A stretch of DNA of 64,000 nucleotides from Candidatus Latescibacterota bacterium (GTDB taxonomy: Bacteria > Latescibacterota > UBA2968 > UBA8231). Below are positions 1 through 7,971 of this stretch, in pieces. The stretch lies in contig OZ241362.1 of assembly GCA_965200315.1 (NCBI GenBank), forward strand, positions 3,776,001 through 3,840,000, given 5' to 3'. The notes below the pieces were generated by a model. That model searched no databases and was not told the DNA's origin. It worked only from the letters and a program-made list of their open reading frames with translations. Every line of letters begins with the position of its first letter. Position 1 is the first letter of the stretch. The translations under genes were made by a program, and so were the position numbers.

Positions 1-1993
1 ACATCTGCCGGTGAATCACGTCGATGCGGGTGTCGCACATCTGTTAAAGCCCTCTTCTCAACCGGCCGCACAACTGGCTGCAATTCTCGTCTTCTCGCAC
101 CACCGTGGCCTGCCGGCTATCGCCGAACACCGAACTCTAAAGTCCGGATCGCCGTTCCGCGATCTGGAGCCGGATGAATCTGGACGCAAAACGAAAGACC
201 ACACGGATAGACACCTAGAAGAATACCTGCGGTTACACCTCTCAACCGTCGCTCGCGCGGTACAATCAACGTGCTCGAACGAGCAACGTCAGAGCGACAT
301 GTCTGTATTGCTTCGTTTGGCGTTGTCCTGCCTCGTTGATGCCGATCATTTTGATACAGCGCGGAATTATGGACAGGCTTTTTTTTCAAGTCCGAAACTT
401 GAGCCAGCCGTGCGGCTTGAACTTCTAGATCGATATGTCGCTGGGTTGGCAGAGAACAAAAAAGACGAGCGGACACGGCTTAGGCAGGACGTTTATCGCG
501 ATTGCCGCAATGCCGATCCGTCAAGTGAATCAGTGTTAGCCTGCGATTCTCCCGTTGGGTCTGGGAAGACAACGGCAATTATGGCACACCTGCTGAACGT
601 AGCGGCTGAGCGTAAACTACGACGAGTCTTTGTCGTCTTGCCTTACACCAATATCATTGACCAATCGGTACAAACTTATCGTAAGGCACTTGTCAAAGCG
701 GACGAAGACCCAGAAGGCGTCGTCGCAGCTCACCATCATCGAGCGGAATTCGACAGTCTCGCGGCTCGACATCTGACTTACTCGTGGAACAGCCCCATAG
801 TTATTACGACTGCGGTCCAGTTCTTTGAAACTCTCGCTGCCTGTCGAACTGGGGCACTGCGAAAGCTCCATCAAGTCGCTGGCTCCGCGATCTTTATCGA
901 TGAGGCCCACGCCGCGTTGCCAGCACACTTGTGGCCAATCGCATGGAAGTGGCTCCAAGAACTGAAGACCAATTGGGGCTGTTACTTCGTTATGGGGTCG
1001 GGATCGTTGAGTCGCTTCTGGGAACTGCCTGAGTTCGTCGATTCACCCCCGAAGGTGCCTAATCTAGTGAACGTGCGGGACCTTGAGTCAACGCGCGTCA
1101 CCTATCAATCTCATTCGGAGCCCATGGGTCTGGCGACGCTGGAATCATGGCTGCTCCAATTGCCGGGTCCGCGGCTGCTCATTGTGAACACCGTGCAATC
1201 GGCGGCTGTCATCGCACGGCATCTTGCCTATTGGAAGAGCCGAGACAACTGGCAATCGGATCATCCTCAAGTCGAGCACCTTTCAACTGCACTCACCCCG
1301 ACTGACCGGGCGAGTACTCTAAATCGAGTCATTAAACGTCTCACAAACAAAGATGATCGAGATTGGACACTCGTGGCAACCTCCTGCGTTGAGGCTGGCG
1401 TTGATTTTTCATTTCGGACGGGCATCCGCGAACGCGCTTGCTTGAACAGCCTCTTGCAAATAGCTGGCCGGGTGAACCGTGGAAACGAGTACGAGTCTGC
1501 CGACGTTTGGGACATTCAATTGGTCCATGACTCATGGCTTCGGCCACACCCAACGTTTGAGCATTCATCCGTCGTATTGGGAGAGCTGTTCAACGAAAGG
1601 CGAGTTGATGTGAGTTCCTGCACCGAGGCTCTACGACGTGAGATTCGTCGCTCGCGACCGAAGCGACTGAAGGATGAGTTAGTCAAGGCCGAATGCGCAC
1701 TGAATTTTCCGAAGGTTGCTGAATTATTTCGCGTCATCGACTCGCCGACACTGACAGCCGTGGTTAATGAGACCCTAAAAGAAAAGATCAAATCAGGCCA
1801 ACATTTTCCAAGCCAAGAGCTCCAGAATGGAAGCGTACAGATATACGGATCACGCGCCAGTGAGTGGGCACTACGCGAGTTTGAGCACAGGCCAGGGCTA
1901 TTCGCGTGGGAATTAGATTACGATCCCTTCTTAGGATTCATGGAGGGCGTACTTCCACTCGTAGATGGCGGCGCAAAGGGGTACATAGTATGA
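1..1993 (+). CDS. cas3: CRISPR-associated helicase/HD nuclease Cas3 (5' end lies outside the window)
   Basis: HD-domain tail (SHHRGLP, LVDADHFDT), Walker A SPVGSGKT, DEAH box (IFIDEAH), VATSCVEAGVD, QIAGRVNR; directly upstream of cas4-cas1-cas2. Confidence 0.95.
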   Translation, partial: HLPVNHVDAGVAHLLKPSSQPAAQLAAILVFSHHRGLPAIAEHRTLKSGSPFRDLEPDESGRKTKDHTDRHLEEYLRLHLSTVARAVQSTCSNEQRQSDMSVLLRLALSCLVDADHFDTARNYGQAFFSSPKLEPAVRLELLDRYVAGLAENKKDERTRLRQDVYRDCRNADPSSESVLACDSPVGSGKTTAIMAHLLNVAAERKLRRVFVVLPYTNIIDQSVQTYRKALVKADEDPEGVVAAHHHRAEFDSLAARHLTYSWNSPIVITTAVQFFETLAACRTGALRKLHQVAGSAIFIDEAHAALPAHLWPIAWKWLQELKTNWGCYFVMGSGSLSRFWELPEFVDSPPKVPNLVNVRDLESTRVTYQSHSEPMGLATLESWLLQLPGPRLLIVNTVQSAAVIARHLAYWKSRDNWQSDHPQVEHLSTALTPTDRASTLNRVIKRLTNKDDRDWTLVATSCVEAGVDFSFRTGIRERACLNSLLQIAGRVNRGNEYESADVWDIQLVHDSWLRPHPTFEHSSVVLGELFNERRVDVSSCTEALRREIRRSRPKRLKDELVKAECALNFPKVAELFRVIDSPTLTAVVNETLKEKIKSGQHFPSQELQNGSVQIYGSRASEWALREFEHRPGLFAWELDYDPFLGFMEGVLPLVDGGAKGYIV

Positions 1994-2012
1994 ACAGATA
2001 TCAGCCTGCGTT

Positions 2013-2633
2013 ATGAATCTGCCCGACCCCATGCCCCTCTCGCTTCTCAACGACTTTCTCTATTGCCAACGCCGGGCGGTGCTAAAGGCGATTGAAGGAT
2101 GGCGCGGGACCAACGAGCACACCGTGATCGGCGATGGTGTCCACGAGCAAGCGGACGTCTCCGGCTACGAAACCATCAAGGGCGTGACTTTGCTGCGTAC
2201 TCTGCCCGTCTGGTCGGAACGGCTCCGGCTCAGCGGCAAGTGCGACATCGTCGAGCGCCATTCCGATGGATCGTTGGTCCCGGTCGAATACAAAAAGGGC
2301 CGACGCCGCAAGTTCGACAACGACGACGCCCAGCTTTGCGCACAAGCGTTGTGCCTCGAAGAAATGTTCGGGCAGGACATTCCCCAGGGTGCCATCTTCC
2401 ACGCCAAGAGCAAGTGCCGCCGAGAGGTGGAATTTACCGAGGATTTGCGCCGCCTCACCGAACAGGCCATTGAAGCCATGCACCGGCTAATTAAAGAGGA
2501 AACGGTCCCAAACGCCGTGCATAAACCCCAGTGTTCTGAGTGTTCGCTTTTTGACCATTGCCTTCCCGAGATTACTAGCGTTCCGCCCGTGCTGGCGCGG
2601 GCCTATCGGGCCGTGTTCGATATCACCGACTAG
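2013..2633 (+). CDS. cas4: CRISPR-associated exonuclease Cas4
   Basis: N-terminal YCQR Cys, GKCDIVE...PVEYKKG nuclease motif, QLCAQALCLEEM, C-terminal CSECSLFDHC Fe-S ligands. Confidence 0.96.
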   Translation: MNLPDPMPLSLLNDFLYCQRRAVLKAIEGWRGTNEHTVIGDGVHEQADVSGYETIKGVTLLRTLPVWSERLRLSGKCDIVERHSDGSLVPVEYKKGRRRKFDNDDAQLCAQALCLEEMFGQDIPQGAIFHAKSKCRREVEFTEDLRRLTEQAIEAMHRLIKEETVPNAVHKPQCSECSLFDHCLPEITSVPPVLARAYRAVFDITD

Positions 2634-2679
2634 AGATTTCTAGGCTTTCTTCTTGCTTCGGCACGGGACCGGACTGAAA

Positions 2680-3741
2680 ATGGCCATTACTCAAAATACC
2701 CTCTACTTGACGACACCCGGCACCGTAGTGCTCAGGGATCACTTGACGCTGCGGGTCGAGATCGAAAAGCAAACTCGCTTGACCGTGCCGATTCACCACT
2801 TGGAAAGCGTCTGTGTGTTTGGGCAGGTCGTGGTTACGCCGCCGGCTATGGCCTTGTGCTGGGACCATCAGGTGGCAGTCCATTACCATACGGAGAGCGG
2901 CTACTTGCTGGCGCAAGTCTTGGGAAGCGGCGACACCCGCTACTTGCTGCGCCGTGCTCAGTATGCGACGGCGGACAGCCCACAGGAGGCATCGCGCATT
3001 GCCCGGCAGTTTGTCGCTGGAAAGCTGCAAAACGCACGTTCCAATCTCTTGCGTTCTGCCCGGGAAGCCGATGACGATGCCGACCAAGGAAAACTGGCGG
3101 ATACCGCAGCCGAACTGGCCCGGCTGATCCGCCGGCTCGGCGATGCTCCGCCCATTGCTCCAAGTTGCGAGCTCCGGGATGCGCTCGACCCAATCAGGGG
3201 CTTAGAGGGCTTGGGCACCAAAGCGTATTTCTCAGCGTTCCTACACATGCTCAAACAACAGCGAGAAGACTTCAGATTTGTAACCCGCACCCGGCGTCCG
3301 CCCCGGGATCGAATGAACTGCCTGCTTTCCTTCGTCTACGCCTTGGTTCGCCACGACTGCTTGGCCGCGTTGACGACCGCTGGGCTGGACCCTTATGTCG
3401 GCTGGCTTCATGCAACGCGGGCGGGAAGGCCGGCTTGTGCCTTGGACCTAATGGAAGAGTTTCGCCCCTGTTTGGCAGAACGGCTGGCATTGACTTTGAT
3501 CAACCGTCGGCAGATCGAGCCCAAGCATTTTCGCGAACGCGAGGGCGGTGCTGTGGAGTTTACTGAACGGGGGCGGAAAGAGGTCATTCAGGCTTGGCAA
3601 CGGCGCAAGCAAACAGAAGTAAAGCACTCCTTGTTCAAGCAGAATATCCGCCTAGGGCAAGTGTTCAGTATTCAAGCCAAATTGTTGGCCCGAAAGCTCC
3701 GCGGCGATATTCCCGACTATATCTCGTTTATCTCAAAATAA
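2680..3741 (+). CDS. cas1: Type I-C CRISPR-associated endonuclease Cas1
   Basis: QNTLYLTTPG start, RGLEG, RTRRPPRDRMNCLLSF, GLDPYVG, ALDLMEEFRP; ATG 2680 preferred over the ORF-track start 2653. Confidence 0.96.
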   Translation: MAITQNTLYLTTPGTVVLRDHLTLRVEIEKQTRLTVPIHHLESVCVFGQVVVTPPAMALCWDHQVAVHYHTESGYLLAQVLGSGDTRYLLRRAQYATADSPQEASRIARQFVAGKLQNARSNLLRSAREADDDADQGKLADTAAELARLIRRLGDAPPIAPSCELRDALDPIRGLEGLGTKAYFSAFLHMLKQQREDFRFVTRTRRPPRDRMNCLLSFVYALVRHDCLAALTTAGLDPYVGWLHATRAGRPACALDLMEEFRPCLAERLALTLINRRQIEPKHFREREGGAVEFTERGRKEVIQAWQRRKQTEVKHSLFKQNIRLGQVFSIQAKLLARKLRGDIPDYISFISK

Positions 3742-3770
3742 CGCAGTCTTCTGCCGGTAGGGATTGAAAT

Positions 3771-4061
3771 ATGTTTGTTCTAGTCGCATACGACGTTTCC
3801 ACAACTGACCGGGCTGGGCAAAAGCGACTGCGCCGAGTGGCAAGAGCCTGTAAAGATTACGGCGTTCGAGCGCAAAAATCGCTTTTTGAATGTCAGGTGA
3901 GAAAGACGGAATGGGCTGCCCTCAGGAATCGTCTGCTAAAGGAAATCGATCCTAAACAGGATTCCCTCAGAATATATCACCTAGACGAAAACTCCAAAGA
4001 CAAGACGGAGCATCACGGGCTCAACGAACCTGTGGACCTCAATGAGCCACTCGTCTTATAG
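3771..4061 (+). CDS. cas2: CRISPR-associated endonuclease Cas2
   Basis: 96 aa, VLVAYDV, RLRRVARACKDYGVRAQKSLFEC, DSLRIY. Confidence 0.96.
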   Translation: MFVLVAYDVSTTDRAGQKRLRRVARACKDYGVRAQKSLFECQVRKTEWAALRNRLLKEIDPKQDSLRIYHLDENSKDKTEHHGLNEPVDLNEPLVL

Positions 4062-4241
4062 TGTACGCGAATGCAAAGTAACGGCGTTTTGCGCTTACTT
4101 TCGCACAGTTGGCAACTCTATGACTAACAACAAGTTACAGCGAGGCATCAGCCTGCGCTTTGTCAGCAGGATGCGGATGAAAGGAGGTTCGCGCATCCGC
4201 CTGTGTAATCTTTTGGTATTCCGCTGGTTACAATAACACGC
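4062..4241 (+). promoter_or_regulatory. CRISPR leader
   Basis: 180-bp non-coding stretch between cas2 and the first repeat; IHF-like site TAACAA-CAAG-TTA at 4125-4137. Confidence 0.8.
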
Positions 4242-6218
4242 GTCTCCCCTCGTTTCGGCGGGGGGAGCGGATTGAAACGAATACAAGCTCTCGCGGGCGC
4301 GTGTTCGGCGCCAGTCTCCCCTCGTTTCGGCGGGGGGAGCGGATTGAAACGAAAGCGGCTTCCCTACTTCGTACGTGATCCCCATGTCTCCCCTCGTTTC
4401 GGCGGGGGGAGCGGATTGAAACCAACGTCCACAACGGCCGTATGGCCCCTTACAGCGTCTCCCCTCGTTTCGGCGGGGGGAGCGGATTGAAACTTAGGGA
4501 TGTACCGGGTCCGTAGTGGGTACTACATGTCTCCCCTCGTTTCGGCGGGGGGAGCGGATTGAAACACATAGCGCGCAACTATACGGATGAGAACAAGCGG
4601 TCTCCCCTCGTTTCGGCGGGGGGAGCGGATTGAAACTACGTGGACGCCCGTCGGGTCATGGACCGACTTGAGTCTCCCCTCGTTTCGGCGGGGGGAGCGG
4701 ATTGAAACAGCCACAACCCGAGAGGATAGGAGATTGATATGCCGTCTCCCCTCGTTTCGGCGGGGGGAGCGGATTGAAACTACATCGAGCAGGGGATTAA
4801 AGAGCACCAACCTAGTCTCCCCTCGTTTCGGCGGGGGGAGCGGATTGAAACAGACAGCACTTGCCCGATTTAAAACGGCTAACGCGTCTCCCCTCGTTTC
4901 GGCGGGGGGAGCGGATTGAAACAAGTACGGCTACCACCCATAGGAAGGAGATTGAAGTCTCCCCTCGTTTCGGCGGGGGGAGCGGATTGAAACACCTCGG
5001 CGGTAGCCGCCCAGCGCATAGCCGAGGCGTCTCCCCTCGTTTCGGCGGGGGGAGCGGATTGAAACGAGGATGCTAACTACATCATCCGTTGCCCGATCAC
5101 GTCTCCCCTCGTTTCGGCGGGGGGAGCGGATTGAAACATACGTCAGCCCCGACGCCTTCAACTCCTTGAAGGTCTCCCCTCGTTTCGGCGGGGGGAGCGG
5201 ATTGAAACTATCAGCGGTCGATTGTCCACCTGCTGGATATCGGTCTCCCCTCGTTTCGGCGGGGGGAGCGGATTGAAACTCCCTAGTATCCAACTAGCTG
5301 TACTCTCGTGCCCATGTCTCCCCTCGTTTCGGCGGGGGGAGCGGATTGAAACCTATGTCCTACTACTCCCTACCTCCCATTATTAGGTCTCCCCTCGTTT
5401 CGGCGGGGGGAGCGGATTGAAACGTAGCGTGGTGGGCCTCATCGACGACGATCAGCCGTCTCCCCTCGTTTCGGCGGGGGGAGCGGATTGAAACCCTAGC
5501 TCCCATTCATTAGGCCGCGCCGACAGCGCGTCTCCCCTCGTTTCGGCGGGGGGAGCGGATTGAAACCGCACACGCGCATACATGCACGTGCACACGCACA
5601 GTCTCCCCTCGTTTCGGCGGGGGGAGCGGATTGAAACCGTTGGAGCAGGCCGAGCGTGCGGCGTATGCCGCGTCTCCCCTCGTTTCGGCGGGGGGAGCGG
5701 ATTGAAACGCATACGAGCGGATGGCTAGCAACCGAGACCCTAAGTCTCCCCTCGTTTCGGCGGGGGGAGCGGATTGAAACGCATACGAGCGGATGGCTAG
5801 CAACCGAGACCCTAAGTCTCCCCTCGTTTCGGCGGGGGGAGCGGATTGAAACGCATACGCCGCGGCCGTTGACGCTATGTCGACCATGTCTCCCCTCGTT
5901 TCGGCGGGGGGAGCGGATTGAAACCATGCGCTCGGCGATCTCCAAAGCCTCGGCGCAATGGTCTCCCCTCGTTTCGGCGGGGGGAGCGGATTGAAACTAT
6001 GGCGGACCTTGCCGGCGGCGATGTGCGCGCGGGTCTCCCCTCGTTTCGGCGGGGGGAGCGGATTGAAACATCGTGTCGCGGAAGCTCTCGCCTACGCCCT
6101 GCCTGTCTCCCCTCGTTTCGGCGGGGGGAGCGGATTGAAACTATCAGGGGGTGCTTTCGGATGCGGCCCAAGCACTGGTCTCCCCTCGTTTCGGAGGAGG
6201 CAGTGTACGAAACGAAAC
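4242..6218 (+). CRISPR. Type I-C CRISPR array: 27 identical 37-bp repeats GTCTCCCCTCGTTTCGGCGGGGGGAGCGGATTGAAAC, 27 spacers of 34-36 bp, degenerate 28th repeat at 6178-6218
   Basis: Repeats counted directly (first 4242-4278, 27th 6105-6141); hairpin CTCCCCTCG/CGGGGGGAG and ATTGAAAC 3' end give + orientation; spacers 21 and 22 identical. Confidence 0.99.
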
Positions 6219-6551
6219 CTAAGTGAGGTTTAGCCAATTTTGCAAAGATAAAATCAGTGTCGGTTGATCTTTCTGCGTGAGGTGCCCCACTTTCTTGAGG
6301 ATCAAGTTCTGATGGATAGTATAGATCCCTCGTTTAACAGCCGACGCGACATTGAGCCCTGATTGTTCCCAATTCTCAAGCACAAACTCACTTGGCAGCA
6401 GGTTCGTTATTTTACTGGTGAGAGGAACGATAAAAACATCTTGAGAAATATGCGGCGCACTTACAATAATAGCCGGACGTACTTTGAATGCACTCAAATC
6501 AGAAAAGGGATAACGAACAAGCACAACATCATTCGTCGAGTAATCGGGCAT
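6219..6551 (-). CDS. MazF/PemK-family toxin (endoribonuclease)
   Basis: DVVLVRYPFSDLSAFKVRPAIIVS and VPLTS motifs, ~110 aa, overlaps a small upstream partner. Confidence 0.9.
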   Translation of the reverse strand: MPDYSTNDVVLVRYPFSDLSAFKVRPAIIVSAPHISQDVFIVPLTSKITNLLPSEFVLENWEQSGLNVASAVKRGIYTIHQNLILKKVGHLTQKDQPTLILSLQNWLNLT

Positions 6552-6729
6552 ACACATCGCCCTCTTTATTGTCCCAAATCTGTTTCAGAGTTTCCTCGCT
6601 AGCTTCCTGCCAGAAAGTATCATCGTCGGGCAACATAGTTATCAGCACCTTTTTTCCCTCGGGTAACTCAATGTGCTCTAAAGTTTCGATTTTGCCGTTT
6701 TTAACAATGGCCAAAGCAGTATTGAGCAT
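6529..6729 (-). CDS. Putative antitoxin (AbrB-like/DUF104-type)
   Basis: 66 aa, AIVKNGKI...IELPEGKKVLIT beta-rich N-terminus, acidic tail WDNKEGDVY, AAGGAG RBS, upstream of and overlapping the toxin. Confidence 0.8.
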   Translation of the reverse strand: MLNTALAIVKNGKIETLEHIELPEGKKVLITMLPDDDTFWQEASEETLKQIWDNKEGDVYARLLDE

Positions 6730-6767
6730 AGCAGCTCCTTCTCTGTGTCCAAACTACTGTTAGTATT

Positions 6768-6796
6768 AAAATGGTTTCCTGTCGTTTGGTAGTCAA
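6768..6796 (-). promoter_or_regulatory. Candidate sigma70 promoter of the TA operon
   Basis: Minus strand TTGACT (6796-6791), 17 bp, CATTTT (6773-6768), about 40 bp upstream of the antitoxin start. Confidence 0.5.
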
Positions 6797-6812
6797 AGAG
6801 GGGCCCTCCAAG

Positions 6813-6871
6813 GTCTCCCCTCGTTTTCTCGCCTAAAGGCGAGGTAAAGCGACAAGGAATCGGATTGAAAC
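6813..6871 (+). repeat. Isolated CRISPR-repeat variant with extended hairpin
   Basis: GTCTCCCCTCGTTT (repeat nt 1-14) + 34 nt containing CTCGCCT-AA-AGGCGAG + CGGATTGAAAC (repeat nt 27-37). Confidence 0.9.
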
Positions 6872-7767
6872 TATACCTTCCGATCCTCTTCCTGTTGCAA
6901 CGCGTACAAAGACGTATAGCCCCCCGACCAATCCGGCGGGATGAGACAAGGCCGCGGGTCGTGATAGGCCCAACGCGCCGCTTTGCCCCGCACAATAGCC
7001 CCCGAATACTGCGGGCTGTTCAAAGGGTTGACCGTATAGGGAAAAGCGTCGGCTGCCGAGTAGATGTTGAGCAACAAGGGACGCCCCTTGGGCGATAAAT
7101 TCTTCTTAGACCCATGCACGGTGCGGCAATTGTGGATGGTGATGGAGCCAGCCGGCCCGGCCATGTACTCGACGCGGTCGAGATCAACTTGGGGCATATC
7201 CTGCCCGGCGATACAGCCGACCCATTGCCCAGCGGCATTGTACTGATCGAACAAAGGCCCGTTGTGGCTGCCGGCGATCCCGGCCAAAGGCCCTTGATCG
7301 TCGCCGACGTCATAGAGGTACGTGCCGATGGTCAAGGGGCTATAATTGGTATGCGGCCAATACGTTATATCCTGGTGCCACTTGACCTCTTCGCCGCCTT
7401 CGGACCACTTGAAATTCAATTTGGAATGGTGGTACTTGACGTCCGGGCCGACCAGATCGGCGGCCACGTCAGCCACAACCGACTGAGCGGCAAATTCCCA
7501 ATAGACCGGATGTTGGTCCACCGGGCTGGTAAGGCGTCGCAGGCGGGGCTTGTCGGCCGTGTGGTCGGGCTCCAGATCGAAGACCGCGTCCGATTGGCTC
7601 AGGCCGCGACTGCGCTCGACCATTTCGTCGGTGACGGCCAACAAGCGATCAATCCACTCCGGCCCGATGAGATTTTCGACCAACAGAAAGCCCTTGTCGA
7701 AGTAGGATTGCCGCTGCTTTTGGGTGAGGATCTTGGGAGGGTGCTCCAGAATTTGTTCGGGCGTCAT
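6871..7767 (-). CDS. Phytanoyl-CoA dioxygenase (PhyH) family Fe(II)/2-oxoglutarate dioxygenase
   Basis: KLNFK...WHQD, GSITIHNCRTVHGS, RPLLL; start MTPEQ follows an AGGAGA RBS. Confidence 0.9.
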   Translation of the reverse strand: MTPEQILEHPPKILTQKQRQSYFDKGFLLVENLIGPEWIDRLLAVTDEMVERSRGLSQSDAVFDLEPDHTADKPRLRRLTSPVDQHPVYWEFAAQSVVADVAADLVGPDVKYHHSKLNFKWSEGGEEVKWHQDITYWPHTNYSPLTIGTYLYDVGDDQGPLAGIAGSHNGPLFDQYNAAGQWVGCIAGQDMPQVDLDRVEYMAGPAGSITIHNCRTVHGSKKNLSPKGRPLLLNIYSAADAFPYTVNPLNSPQYSGAIVRGKAARWAYHDPRPCLIPPDWSGGYTSLYALQQEEDRKV

Positions 7768-7971
7768 GGTCCTGTCTCCTCTGCGTTGTAACAACTCAAT
7801 GGGTTCGGCGAGCACGTAATGCTAGCGAATTCGCACACACGGCTCAAGCAAAGAATCCTACCCAATACGCAATTCGGTAGGGCCTAATGGCGGTTTCGCT
7901 GCGGAAGCGCTAGTTTTTAATTGGAACTTCTGAATACGTCATTTAAGTAGGGTCACCCGTTGGATTGAAAC

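Noticed and set aside
5638-5887. 11-nt reverse-complement match between spacers 20 and 23 (GCATACGCCGC)
   Set aside because: Short, GC-rich, and arises from a small palindrome in spacer 20; likely chance
4279-6177. Self-targeting spacers
   Set aside because: No spacer match to other parts of the window was found by eye; the rest of the genome cannot be checked
4095-6237. Numerous ORFs with repeating peptides (FQSAPPAETRGD, LPSFRRGERIET)
   Set aside because: Translations of the CRISPR repeats, not genes
6813-6871. tracrRNA/anti-repeat interpretation of the isolated repeat variant
   Set aside because: Same orientation as the array, and the locus is type I (cas3), which does not use tracrRNA
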